Shown piece by piece: positions 9,510 through 18,866 of a stretch of DNA of 64,000 nucleotides. Below the pieces are notes generated by a model. That model was not told the origin of the DNA, did not search any database, and was given only the letters and a program-made list of their open reading frames with translations. This DNA comes from Puniceicoccaceae bacterium (GTDB lineage: Bacteria; Verrucomicrobiota; Verrucomicrobiia; Opitutales; Coraliomargaritaceae): NCBI GenBank assembly GCA_007117865.1, contig SKFT01000110.1, positions 1,004 to 65,003 of the forward strand. The letters are read 5' to 3'. The stretch's first letter is position 1, and each line of letters begins with the position of its first letter. Made by a program: the position numbers and the translations under genes.

Positions 9510-10274
9510 ATGATTCAAATATGGGATGCCCACTGTCACCGGTCACTGGTAGATTCTGAGCCCATAAGCCTGGGAAGTCACTGCTTCAGCATCTGTGGGG
9601 CAATAGTCAATGCCACAAAACCGGCGGACTGGCCCAAATTGCCGCTAAGGTCTGACCGTGTCGATGATCGCACTATTATTCATCTTGCTGGCCTGCATCC
9701 ATGGTTCATTGCCGCATCGCGGGAACTGCCTTGGCGGGATTCATTGAGGGATTTACTGGATCAAGGTTTAGGCGGTATCGGCGAGGTTGGACTGGATGGT
9801 GGTCGGGTCAAGCGTGCAGCTGGTTTTACTGAACAGGTGAGTGTTTTTCAATGGCAGTTACAGCTGGCGGCTAAATATGAATTGCCGGTTAGTATTCATG
9901 CCGTGCAAGCGAATGGTATTTTGTTAGCAGCGTTGAAGGGAGTTCGTTTGCCTGAGCGGGGGATTCATCTCCACGACATCCATGGACCCCAAGCGCTGAT
10001 ACGGCAAATCCAGCAGTTAAGCGATGTTTGGTTTTCCTATGGTCCCCGTCTACTATTAGCTGCCAACGCTGACTGGCCTGAGCAAGTTTTGCGCGGTATT
10101 CCTGAGGATCGTCTGATGTTTGAAACGGATTGTCAGGCAGGCGAGGTGGATTTAGCCAGTGATGCGAAGTTTCCGCTGGCATTGTTACGGTTGGCTGAGT
10201 TGCGCAAGCTGCCGATAGCTGAATTGGTTAGCAATTTAACTGACAATACGCGCAGTTATTTTTTAGGACGTTGA
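9510..10274 (+). CDS. TatD-family metal-dependent hydrolase
   Basis: WDAHCH near the N-terminus, GEVGLD, SIHAV and ETD motifs in TatD order. Confidence 0.7.
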   Translation: MIQIWDAHCHRSLVDSEPISLGSHCFSICGAIVNATKPADWPKLPLRSDRVDDRTIIHLAGLHPWFIAASRELPWRDSLRDLLDQGLGGIGEVGLDGGRVKRAAGFTEQVSVFQWQLQLAAKYELPVSIHAVQANGILLAALKGVRLPERGIHLHDIHGPQALIRQIQQLSDVWFSYGPRLLLAANADWPEQVLRGIPEDRLMFETDCQAGEVDLASDAKFPLALLRLAELRKLPIAELVSNLTDNTRSYFLGR

Positions 10275-13200
10275 GATTGGGCGGGCAATCACCAAGCGAA
10301 ATCCGGTTGCCGAGTTGATTTGATCGCGTCCCATTCGTTCGCGCGCCGCTGAGCGCGAACGGTCTGCAGAATCCTGCCAACTACCACCGCGAATGACAAT
10401 TGAGTCGCGACCACGGTATTCGATCCAATCAACCAAGCTAGGCTCATTGGGGAAACGGTCATTGTAGGCATCCAAGGTAAACTCCCAAACATTGCCGTGC
10501 ATATCGTATAAACCCCATTCATTAGCGGGGAATGAGCGGACTGGTGTGGTCTGGTTCAGTTTAGGGAACTGCGCTGATCGATCAGGATCGCGAGGGTAAA
10601 CCCCGCGAAAATTCCCTTGTTCCGGGTTCGCGTTGGTGCCCCATGAAAAAGGGGTATTATTACCAGCGCGACTGGCAAATTCCCACTCCAACTGTGTTGG
10701 CAGGCGAAAGACGTATCCCTCAGGCAAGCGACCGGCAGCAGACTCCTGTTTCGTCAACATGGCGGCGAATGCCATTGCCGATTCCCAGCTGATGTTTTCC
10801 ACTGGGTGCTGTGGGTTTTGGAAGCGACTTGGATTTTCGCCAGTGAGTTTTTGATAGAAATCCTGCGTGACCGGAATTTCTGCTATCCAGAATCCCTCTT
10901 GAATGACGCCTTCGGGTTGCCGTCCTAAACCATCATTTTCGTTTGGCAAGCGATGTCTTTCGACACGCGGGCTTCCTATGGTGAAGTTGCCGCTGGGTAG
11001 CCAAACAAAGCGATAGTTGCTGTAAGGGAAGGTCCAGGGATTGCCGTGGTTAAGCGGTTGCAAGCGATCCGGCGCAACATGCCAGTGCAAATTGGCATTG
11101 GCATTTGGCGCAAACGTCTGTGTCACGGCTTCGTGGCCGGCGATGGTGATTTCAATGAAGTATTCTCTGCCTGCAGCCAATTCAATTGTTTGAGCAAATG
11201 TATGTTTCTGTCCATTGATCAACAGCATGACTTCAGTGTCAGCGGGATCCGTTTCAATGGTTAAACGTGCGGGTCGTGCTTGCATTGTGAGCGACCAGCT
11301 GGACGGTTCGGTTTCGTTTAAGCGCAGGGTTCTGCTTGCGGGCAGATAATCGGGGTGGGAGATCTCCAGTTCGACATTACCCAGCGGCAATAGCAAAGTT
11401 CCGTCATTGCTTGAGGATTCCAGTAGTCGGCCGTTCATTTTAATAACGGTATGCTCATTGAAAAGTAAATTATCGTCGCTGTCACTGGCAATTAGTTCGA
11501 CGGGTAAAGCGCGGGTTATAGGCTTTAGCGGAGGGATTTCGATGCGAGACCAGCTTCCCGGCACTGGTTCAATCGTCATTGAATAAGGGTGATGATGAGA
11601 TAGTTGGACAACTAATTCTACAGGACCTGCAAAAACCATGCCCTCGATGCGCAGGGGAGCCTGTCCCATTTTTTGTCCATTCAAGATGACATCCGCTCCC
11701 TGAGGTTCGGTCAGCACATGCAAACCAGCAGGGCGCAGTTCCTGTTCTGCTTTAAGCGCAACCAGCTGGCTGGTTGGAAAATCCACGGCATTGAATCTTA
11801 CAGTACGATAGAAGGGGTGGCGGACTTCCAGATCGATAGTTCCTGCAGGCAACAGCATTTCGAATTGTGCCATCTCATTCTCATCTATGGTGCCCAGCTC
11901 CTGCCATTCAGCATTAGCCTGATCTGCGAAACGCCAGTATACGATGGATTCGGAGTAGGCGTTAATTTTGGCTTTGGCGAATTGGCGCTGGAGCTCGATG
12001 GTAATACGGTTGGGCTTATCGCTACCATCTTCACGTAAAATCCAATCCTCTGCATGATAGCCTTGTGCCTGGATGCGTATCCGTCCCTGTTTAGAGGGGA
12101 CTACCAAGTAAACCTGACCCTCTGCATTGGTTTGGAATTCCTGGGAATCCCTGCCAACGGTGGTTACGATGGCATTGGAAGGTTGGATTTCCAAAACATG
12201 CGTTGCCCGGTCCGGGTTGCGGACAGAGCGAATAGGAGCATCTGCCAGGGTATTGATTTCGACAAGATCCTTATCGCTGCTTTGGGTCCAATTGATAAAA
12301 AATGCTGCAGCAATCAACATCAGCACGACGGCGGATAAGCTCAAGGCATGTTTTAGGAGGAAAATGCGCAGATTGCCAAGCCAAGTGTTGCGTCGTCTTT
12401 GCCAAGCGGTAAGGGGTTTGACTTTTTGGCCATCCAGCTCTCGCAGAAAGGCCTCAACGGTCTCTTGTCTGTCTTCGGGTGCTTTTGCCAGGGCTTTGAG
12501 CAGAGTGGGGTTCCAGTGTGGACTAATGCCAGGTTGTAATTCTGATGGCAAAGTCGCGGGTGTCTCCGGCAAGCGGTTGGTTATGAATTCGTAGCCGATG
12601 AGTGCGAGGCCATGGATGTCGGCACGCGGATCGGGTGGTGACCCCGCGCGCATTTCAGGACTCATCCCAGTGACGGGATCCAGTAGTCGCCGCCGTTCTT
12701 TACTAATGATGGGTGGGATACCGGCGGAAACCAAGCGCTCAAAAAGCGGTTTGCCAATCATTTCATACATACCCGCACCCCATAGCCGAAACTCATTGTG
12801 GCCATCAAAAAGGATGCTGGTAAGGGTAAGATTGTAATGATGAAGCCCTTGCCTGTGGAGTCGCTGAAGCGCCCCGCCGATGGTATTCATCATGGTTTTA
12901 ACACATTTTTCCGGAATGGGATGAGGAATCCCCTCCATCCTGGTTTCAGGGCATTCTGAAACAGTGCTTTCAGTGTCAATGTTTGGATTGCTATCGGACC
13001 GGTATGGCATTCCCTCTTGCATCCAACGCGAGAGGCAATCGCCCGCGAAATACTCATATTGAATGTAGTAGCGCCCGCCTCTTTTGCCGAAGGCCTCAAC
13101 GGTTAAGAGTCCATTCGTGCGCAATCCCCGCAAGCGTCCGCAAGTCGCATTGAAGCGGCTGGCGAAGGCCGGGTCGGTGCCGACCATGCGGGGGAAGAGT

Positions 13201-13376
13201 AGTAATAGTTTACGCTTAGCCGTTTCCTCGTTGCGAACGTCGTAGAGGCCGCACAGCAAGTTGTAATTGTGCCGCAGTAGAATGCGTTCACCATCAAACA
13301 GCTCCCCCGCCGCCAAAACATCGGCATCCAAACTTTCCGCGCCCAGCGTCGGTCCGGTGTAACTGTCAGAATCCAT
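10263..13376 (-). CDS. Transmembrane protein: N-terminal degenerate Ser/Thr kinase-like domain, one TM helix, PEGA-like beta-sandwich repeats and a C-terminal FGE/SUMF1 (formylglycine-generating enzyme-like) domain
   Basis: Kinase-fold remnants: YIQYEYFAGDCL, LHHYNLTLTSILF in place of HRDLKPxNIL, LWGAG in place of DFG, SPEMRAG and DIHGLALIGYEF. TM helix: ALSLSAVVLMLIAAAFFI. PEGA-like: LTEPQGADVILNGQKMGQAPL and ETDPADTEVMLLINGQ. FGE domain: FWIAEIPVTQDFY...ENISWESAMAF...LPTQLEWEFASRAG...YGLYDMHGNVWEF...IRGGSW...GFRLV. Confidence 0.8.
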   Translation of the reverse strand: MDSDSYTGPTLGAESLDADVLAAGELFDGERILLRHNYNLLCGLYDVRNEETAKRKLLLLFPRMVGTDPAFASRFNATCGRLRGLRTNGLLTVEAFGKRGGRYYIQYEYFAGDCLSRWMQEGMPYRSDSNPNIDTESTVSECPETRMEGIPHPIPEKCVKTMMNTIGGALQRLHRQGLHHYNLTLTSILFDGHNEFRLWGAGMYEMIGKPLFERLVSAGIPPIISKERRRLLDPVTGMSPEMRAGSPPDPRADIHGLALIGYEFITNRLPETPATLPSELQPGISPHWNPTLLKALAKAPEDRQETVEAFLRELDGQKVKPLTAWQRRRNTWLGNLRIFLLKHALSLSAVVLMLIAAAFFINWTQSSDKDLVEINTLADAPIRSVRNPDRATHVLEIQPSNAIVTTVGRDSQEFQTNAEGQVYLVVPSKQGRIRIQAQGYHAEDWILREDGSDKPNRITIELQRQFAKAKINAYSESIVYWRFADQANAEWQELGTIDENEMAQFEMLLPAGTIDLEVRHPFYRTVRFNAVDFPTSQLVALKAEQELRPAGLHVLTEPQGADVILNGQKMGQAPLRIEGMVFAGPVELVVQLSHHHPYSMTIEPVPGSWSRIEIPPLKPITRALPVELIASDSDDNLLFNEHTVIKMNGRLLESSSNDGTLLLPLGNVELEISHPDYLPASRTLRLNETEPSSWSLTMQARPARLTIETDPADTEVMLLINGQKHTFAQTIELAAGREYFIEITIAGHEAVTQTFAPNANANLHWHVAPDRLQPLNHGNPWTFPYSNYRFVWLPSGNFTIGSPRVERHRLPNENDGLGRQPEGVIQEGFWIAEIPVTQDFYQKLTGENPSRFQNPQHPVENISWESAMAFAAMLTKQESAAGRLPEGYVFRLPTQLEWEFASRAGNNTPFSWGTNANPEQGNFRGVYPRDPDRSAQFPKLNQTTPVRSFPANEWGLYDMHGNVWEFTLDAYNDRFPNEPSLVDWIEYRGRDSIVIRGGSWQDSADRSRSAARERMGRDQINSATGFRLVIARPISTS

Positions 13377-13435
13377 TCAACAACACTATGGTTTAAGCGG
13401 GGCCATTAATCAAGCACGGGTTTAATGAATAAGGC

Positions 13436-13473
13436 AGCAAAAAGCCCATCCTGCTGTTTCCAGCGGGATGGGC
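13436..13473 (-). terminator. Rho-independent terminator for the upstream minus-strand PEPCK/HprK-like gene
   Basis: A 13-bp stem (GCCCATCCTGCTG / CAGCGGGATGGGC, 13444-13473) with a TTTC loop. On the minus strand it is followed by TTTTTGC (complement of 13436-13442). Confidence 0.6.
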
Positions 13474-13521
13474 TGAGTGTGGCTAAATTGCCGCCAGTAT
13501 GGAATTCATTAAATATGGCGA

Positions 13522-13563
13522 GTAATACCTAATCGAATGAATTTCGCGAGTTTGGTATAGGCC
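13522..13563 (+). repeat. 42-nt intergenic motif, copy 1 of 3
   Basis: GTAATACCTAATCGAATGAATTTCGCGAGTTTGGTATAGGCC. It is 36/42 identical to the copy at 54578-54619, ungapped and on the same strand. Confidence 0.6.
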
Positions 13564-13575
13564 TTTCGCATCGGG

Positions 13576-14259
13576 TCAATGATCTTCGCTGAGGACGGGA
13601 TGTGGAATCAGCTTGGCGTAGTCGCTCAAAGGTCCATTATCCAGGCAGCACTCGATGATTTGGCGACCAAGTGGGTCGATGTCATCACAGAGAAACTGAC
13701 GCAACTCGCGCCGGAAGAAGTCAGCAAGGATGGCCGCACCTTGGTCGTAGGCGGCCTCGCCGACCTCTGGCTGTTTGTCCACCTCGAAGAACCAGGCACC
13801 AATGGTGCGCCCCTCAATAACGATTGAGGTGGGGTTCCATCCCAGCAGCGGACAGCGTGAGGCCATCAATCGCTCATTACTGAACATGGCCCCGCCGCGT
13901 CGAGCCAGGTATTCACGGGTTACCCATTGGGGCATGAAACCGGTTTTCCATGCACCGATGTGCTGATTGGGAATCAAGGCATATTTGACCAGTGGTGTTT
14001 CCTCAATTTGCCTCAGCAAGAGGTTAGCTTGATCAACCATCCGGCCAGTGGCAAAGGGCCAGTAGGAGCCGACACCCTCCGATGACATGCCCTCGGTTTG
14101 GATGATGCTCGGATTGGCGTGACCGCGTGGTGCCACCAGGCGCCACAACCAAGCCAGGGCGGGCGGCAGAATGTGGAATAGGCCAATGATGCCATAGGTC
14201 GGGGTTTCGCGGGTGCAGGGGGGGCAACGGACCCCGAAGCTGCGCAAGTCGACATCGAC
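13576..14259 (-). CDS. C-terminal part of a DUF4914-like PEPCK/HprK-fold protein. It is in frame with the upstream ORF and separated from it only by one TAG.
   Basis: The ORF track starts at a TTG at 14247, but the frame is open from immediately after the TAG at 14260-14262 (..VTG*VDVDLRSFGVRCPP..). The 408 + 227 codons together total about 635 aa, the size I recall for DUF4914 proteins. Confidence 0.5.
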   Translation of the reverse strand, partial: VDVDLRSFGVRCPPCTRETPTYGIIGLFHILPPALAWLWRLVAPRGHANPSIIQTEGMSSEGVGSYWPFATGRMVDQANLLLRQIEETPLVKYALIPNQHIGAWKTGFMPQWVTREYLARRGGAMFSNERLMASRCPLLGWNPTSIVIEGRTIGAWFFEVDKQPEVGEAAYDQGAAILADFFRRELRQFLCDDIDPLGRQIIECCLDNGPLSDYAKLIPHPVLSEDH

Positions 14260-15486
14260 CTAGCCAGTGACTACGTTATCGACGATCGCACGCGGGATGA
14301 TAACGCGAGGATTGGGGCATGGCTGCCCCGGTTCGTCCTCAATGTGTTCCCAGATAAGCGCGGTGCTGTGCGGTTGCGCATCAATATTTAGGAATAGCAG
14401 TGGATCGCTCGGGTTGATGGTCATTTCCTCCAGGTGCGGATCGGTGCCGTAGCGGTTGATGTGGTTGACACGCACAAACCAGGCATCCTCGGCATCCATG
14501 AGCGATAACTTGCCGCCCTTTTTGTTTAGGGAAGGATGGCAGAGGGCCATATCATCGGTGACAGGATGCAATTCGCAGCTACTTGGCAAGGTCAGACGGC
14601 GCCGGTCACCTGTGACCACATTGACTCCCAGCAGGAGTGTACCATCGTCCATACGGTGGGCTTGCTCCAGCATTTCGCTTTTACCACCACCGCTGGCGCC
14701 CTCGTGTGAAATAACAATTTTGTTTTCGTAGGGGGTGATGACCTGCACGGTCGAGCAATGCATGGTTACCCATTCCTCGGTTTCGCCAAGGGTTAGCAGC
14801 ACGCCATAGATACCTTTTTTCGCGCTGGGACCCGGATACAGATTGTAGCTGAAGAGTTCATGCATCCCCGGCAAACGGTTATGGACAACAACTTGCTGGC
14901 CATTAAAATGAGTATGGCGAAAAGGTGGAGCGACATAAATAATGGCCTTTGGATTGAAGTCATCCGGAATCTCTTCCGGCGGAATAATACCCTGTAGCAT
15001 TGCCAAGCCCATGGCAAAAAAGCCAGCGTTGTCTGGACAGATAGCCAGCGCATGGGTGCCCTTGCCGGGCATGCCTGCTGTGAAGGCAAAGATGGCGAGA
15101 TTTTGTCCCTTCAGCCATTCAATGGTTTCCTGGCGCAAGGGATCGAATTCCTCACCATAACGCGCTTTAAAGGTCGGCTTGTCGGTTGGTTTGGTATCGC
15201 CAATTACCATGCAATCAGGATCGCGCCGACGCATGTAGGGTTCGATATAGTTGGCGGCAATGCCATTTTTGACCCGACAGGCACGCGCTTCGAGCACGCT
15301 ACCTTTGCCCGGGACCTCGTAGGCAACGGAATGCCAGCCGTCAGGACCTACATCGCGAACTGCCAACTCGGCAATTTCGGCGACCGTTCCCGCCATGCTG
15401 ACAGAAGGAGCTGCTTCCAGTAGCTCCTTGGTAATGCCAGTGAATTTTATAGGTAATACGGATAGGTCGTGGTTTGTGGTTATCAT
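14260..15486 (-). CDS. N-terminal part of a DUF4914-like protein with a PEPCK/HprK-type P-loop; ends at an in-frame amber codon
   Basis: P-loop HEGASGGGKSEM (nt 14674-14700), similar to the HprK GxSGxGKSE and PEPCK kinase-1a motifs. The family assignment is from memory and was not searched. Confidence 0.55.
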   Translation of the reverse strand: MITTNHDLSVLPIKFTGITKELLEAAPSVSMAGTVAEIAELAVRDVGPDGWHSVAYEVPGKGSVLEARACRVKNGIAANYIEPYMRRRDPDCMVIGDTKPTDKPTFKARYGEEFDPLRQETIEWLKGQNLAIFAFTAGMPGKGTHALAICPDNAGFFAMGLAMLQGIIPPEEIPDDFNPKAIIYVAPPFRHTHFNGQQVVVHNRLPGMHELFSYNLYPGPSAKKGIYGVLLTLGETEEWVTMHCSTVQVITPYENKIVISHEGASGGGKSEMLEQAHRMDDGTLLLGVNVVTGDRRRLTLPSSCELHPVTDDMALCHPSLNKKGGKLSLMDAEDAWFVRVNHINRYGTDPHLEEMTINPSDPLLFLNIDAQPHSTALIWEHIEDEPGQPCPNPRVIIPRAIVDNVVTG

Positions 15487-15574
15487 AATAGCCCTTAATT
15501 TATCAGAACCTTACCATTAGATCTACGCAAATTTTTATTGAATACGCATATTTTTACCTTAAATTAAGATTAAT

Positions 15575-16468
15575 ATGAGAGATTTAATACAAAATACATG
15601 GATAAACCGTTTGTTGGGTTCCTCGCGTTGGCATGAGTTATGCGAGGAACTCGATGAGTTGGCAGACTTGAGTCTGGACTGGCTAGCATCTGATGGCCGC
15701 TGCAATAACCCGCCGGCTTGGCTGAAAGATGTCTCATTGACGGATTGGCTATATTCGCTACCGCGTGGGCGACGATACTACAACCGATTCTGGTCGGATT
15801 TGTGCGAATCGCAACCAAAAGCTGCCGTAGAGCGGGTTTGCGATGCCGGACTGGTGCATCTGCTGGTGCCATTGTGGTATCGGGGGGCTTGGGTTGGCAG
15901 TTTGTTTGTTGGCGGGTATCGGGAAGGTGCATTCGATCTGGAAACGCGAAATCGTTTGCGACATTTTATCGACCGGCTAGGTTTGCTTGAAGATCCCTCC
16001 CACACCTCGCGATTAATTGAAGGGGTGCGCTGTGTTAGTGGGCGGTTTCACCGCGCCATCCGCAATCGCCTGCAGGATGCGGCGATCAGCCTTGCCGAAA
16101 TATTCGAATCCCGTATGGATGAAAAGCTGGGCCGTCCGATGCCCAAATCGGTTGGTCAAGTCTGTCAATGGATTCAGCGCAACTTTGAGCGACCGCTGAC
16201 GCTCCCCGAAGCGGCAGCGATCGCGGGTATGAACGAAAGTTACTTTTGCCGTTTATTCCGGATGAGCACGGGATTGCGCTTTATTGACTATGTCAACGAG
16301 GTACGGCTCAATGAAGCCCGTCATCGCTTGTCAAATCCGCGTCAGCGCATCGCCGAAATCGCATTTGCCAGTGGGTTTGGTTCGTTATCTCAATTCAATC
16401 GTGCATTCATCCGCTCCAATGGTTGCAATCCGCGCCAGTGGCGCGCCCGTCAATTGGCAGCAACCTGA
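15575..16468 (+). CDS. AraC-family transcriptional regulator with an N-terminal PocR-like sensor region
   Basis: C-terminal double HTH: LTLPEAAAIAGMNESYFCRLFR...IAEIAFASGFGSLSQFNRAFIRSNGCNPRQWR. N-terminal region: GLVHLLVPLWYRGAWVGSLFVGGY. Confidence 0.85.
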   Translation: MRDLIQNTWINRLLGSSRWHELCEELDELADLSLDWLASDGRCNNPPAWLKDVSLTDWLYSLPRGRRYYNRFWSDLCESQPKAAVERVCDAGLVHLLVPLWYRGAWVGSLFVGGYREGAFDLETRNRLRHFIDRLGLLEDPSHTSRLIEGVRCVSGRFHRAIRNRLQDAAISLAEIFESRMDEKLGRPMPKSVGQVCQWIQRNFERPLTLPEAAAIAGMNESYFCRLFRMSTGLRFIDYVNEVRLNEARHRLSNPRQRIAEIAFASGFGSLSQFNRAFIRSNGCNPRQWRARQLAAT

Positions 16469-16559
16469 TTTCATTTAGTGATTTCAAAAAAGGACTCTTG
16501 CATCAGGCAGATCATCCCAATCATTCAAGGCCGCTGCCACTGATCCTATTTAAAACGAA

Positions 16560-17123
16560 CTATCCGCGACCGGCAGCTTCGGTAGGAATACCTTCGGGGC
16601 GGTTGTGGCGAAATTGAAAGCGATTGATGTCGCGCAGGTCAGCCTCTTTAACCTGATCCGTGAAATGCTTGACGTTCTGCAAATCCATTAATGTGCGTGG
16701 AGCCCGCTCAAAGCGCCAAGCGCGGTCATCGGTATCGACATGCGCACGTTCGCGCAGATCGGCCATGCGTTGATTGTGGCGGGCCATACCATAAACTTGT
16801 TCCGGCATGGTCACGACTTCCGTTTCAAATCGGCGCTGTGCCAGTCGATTCTCCTGATTGGGATCTATGCCCGCACGGCGTTGACCCAAGGGTGAAAATT
16901 GTTTGCGCCATTCTTCAATCCCAAAGCGCTGATCCTGCAGGAGTGAGGTGCCGCCCATTTCGGCGCGTTGTATTGGCACCTGTTTTTGCTCGATGCGATC
17001 TGCACGCTGACCCGCAAAGGAGACTCCACTGCGGCGATTTTGGGCATCGGCCGAGGGAGCGAAAACGGTGAAGCTGGCAAAGACAACCAAGGCAGAGAGT
17101 GCAAACGAGGTGATGCGTATCAT
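16560..17123 (-). CDS. Secreted hypothetical protein (signal peptide, Arg/Gln-rich)
   Basis: MIRITSFALSALVVFASFTVFAPSADAQ signal peptide. No recognisable domain. The start is trimmed to ATG at 17123. Confidence 0.45.
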   Translation of the reverse strand: MIRITSFALSALVVFASFTVFAPSADAQNRRSGVSFAGQRADRIEQKQVPIQRAEMGGTSLLQDQRFGIEEWRKQFSPLGQRRAGIDPNQENRLAQRRFETEVVTMPEQVYGMARHNQRMADLRERAHVDTDDRAWRFERAPRTLMDLQNVKHFTDQVKEADLRDINRFQFRHNRPEGIPTEAAGRG

Positions 17124-17327
17124 GGTGTTTAAATTGACAACTACTGCTAAACGAGGCAAGGTAATATTCGTATTCCGTTGGAAATACATAGATCAAAAAG
17201 ACGCTTTACAGCCTGTTCCATTTTGGCATAATGTGAAGTTTCCATTCGTTTTACTTATTCTCCATCGGTATTTGATCCCCCAAGAATGCCGGGTTCATGA
17301 TGATTTTATAGTAAGTAATTCAATGGT

Positions 17328-18854
17328 ATGTTTTTAGAGCTCGCTCTGATTTTTTTGCTGGGTGCTTTGGGCGCGGGTTTTTTCGTCTACGCGTTTCTGA
17401 GCAAGCGTCAGCAATCGCTGATGCGGCGTTCTGAGGAACAGCGCGCAATGGAGCGTCGCGAAGAGCGTTTGGCGATGCGAGAAGAGCAGTCGCAGTGGAT
17501 GGCTGCGCATGAAAAGGAGCGACTTGAGTTTGAGCGTGAAATCTCGCGTGAGCGTCAAGCTATTGAGTTGGAAGCCAAGCGGGTGGAATCGCTGGAGAAA
17601 GCCCTGCAGGATACTGAGCGGGAGTTGCGGAGTGAGGGCGGACGCCTGGAGTCACTTGATCTTGAGTTGCGTAACGGGATGCATGAATTGACCAAGCAGC
17701 GTCGTTTATTACAACTCAAGTTGCATGCCTTGACGCGCATGGACAAGCAGGCAGCCCGTCGGGAGTTGATACGCTTGACCGAGGAATCTTGTGCCGATGA
17801 GTTGCGCGATTTGCGGGCGCAGCTGTTGGGTCGAAGTGAGAGCGAGATCAATGAGCAGGCGCAACGCACTCTGCTGGCTGCCATGCAACGCATTACTGCG
17901 CGGCCTATGAATGATGCCACGGCGACAGTTGTGACTCTTAGTAGTGAAGATTTGAAGGGCCGCATTATCGGTCGGGAAGGGCGCAATATTCGTACTTTTG
18001 AGCAAGCAACCGGAACAACTTTGTTGATTGATGAAACACCCGACAGCGTTTTGATTTCCTGCTTCGATCCGGTCCGACGTGAAATTGCCCGCATCGCCTT
18101 GGAGCAGTTGCTAAAGGATGGCCGCATTCATCCTGCAAGCATTGAGGAAGCGGTGGTTGATGCGACCGAGGCCATGCATAGCAACGTCATTGAGTTTGGC
18201 GAAGGTGCTTTGCGAGAACTGCGGATCGGTGGTGTGCATGCGGAGCTGATTCAATTACTTGGCAAGCTGCATTATCGCTTGTCCAACAACCAGAACACGC
18301 TCAAGCACTCGATTGAAGTCGCCCAGCTGGCATCGCTATTGGCAGCAGAGTTGGGATTGGATACGGCGCTTGCATTGCGGGCGGGTCTTTTTCACGATGT
18401 TGGCAAGAGCATGGAGGAGCATTTTGAACACAGCCACGCCAAAGCGGGTGCGGATCTACTGAAGCGTCTCGGCGAAGATGATCGGGTTGTCAATGCGGTG
18501 GCTGCACACCATGAAGAGGTACCTGCGGAAAGTCCTTATGCGCCACTGATAATGGTTGCGGATGCCCTATCAGCAGTGCGTCCGGGCGCGCGCACCTCAT
18601 CGATTGAAGGATTTATTGAGCGGGTGCGAACCATTGAGGCGATTGCCAAGGAGGAACCCGGGGTGGTGGAGGCGTATGCCTTGCAAGCGGGGCGTGAGCT
18701 AAGGGTTATTATCCAACCGGAACGGGTTGGTGAGGAGGCGGCACGTGTATTGGCGCGTCGCTTGCGTCAGCGGATTGAGGAGGAGATGACATATCCTGGA
18801 TCGATTCGCATCACGGTGATTCGCGAGCAGCGTTTTGTCGAAACGGCGACTTAA
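17328..18854 (+). CDS. rny: Ribonuclease Y
   Basis: N-terminal TM helix, long coiled coil, KH domain ([19 protein letters not shown]) and HD domain (LFHDVGK...AAHHEE). Confidence 0.9.
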   Translation: MFLELALIFLLGALGAGFFVYAFLSKRQQSLMRRSEEQRAMERREERLAMREEQSQWMAAHEKERLEFEREISRERQAIELEAKRVESLEKALQDTERELRSEGGRLESLDLELRNGMHELTKQRRLLQLKLHALTRMDKQAARRELIRLTEESCADELRDLRAQLLGRSESEINEQAQRTLLAAMQRITARPMNDATATVVTLSSEDLKGRIIGREGRNIRTFEQATGTTLLIDETPDSVLISCFDPVRREIARIALEQLLKDGRIHPASIEEAVVDATEAMHSNVIEFGEGALRELRIGGVHAELIQLLGKLHYRLSNNQNTLKHSIEVAQLASLLAAELGLDTALALRAGLFHDVGKSMEEHFEHSHAKAGADLLKRLGEDDRVVNAVAAHHEEVPAESPYAPLIMVADALSAVRPGARTSSIEGFIERVRTIEAIAKEEPGVVEAYALQAGRELRVIIQPERVGEEAARVLARRLRQRIEEEMTYPGSIRITVIREQRFVETAT

Positions 18855-18866
18855 AGCATCAATACT

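Noticed and set aside
14260-14262. Pyrrolysine decoding of the in-frame TAG
   Set aside because: No pylS/pylBCD or tRNA(CUA) is visible in this window, and the trait is rare outside methanogens and a few Firmicutes and Deltaproteobacteria. It remains only as a formal possibility within the broader readthrough hypothesis.
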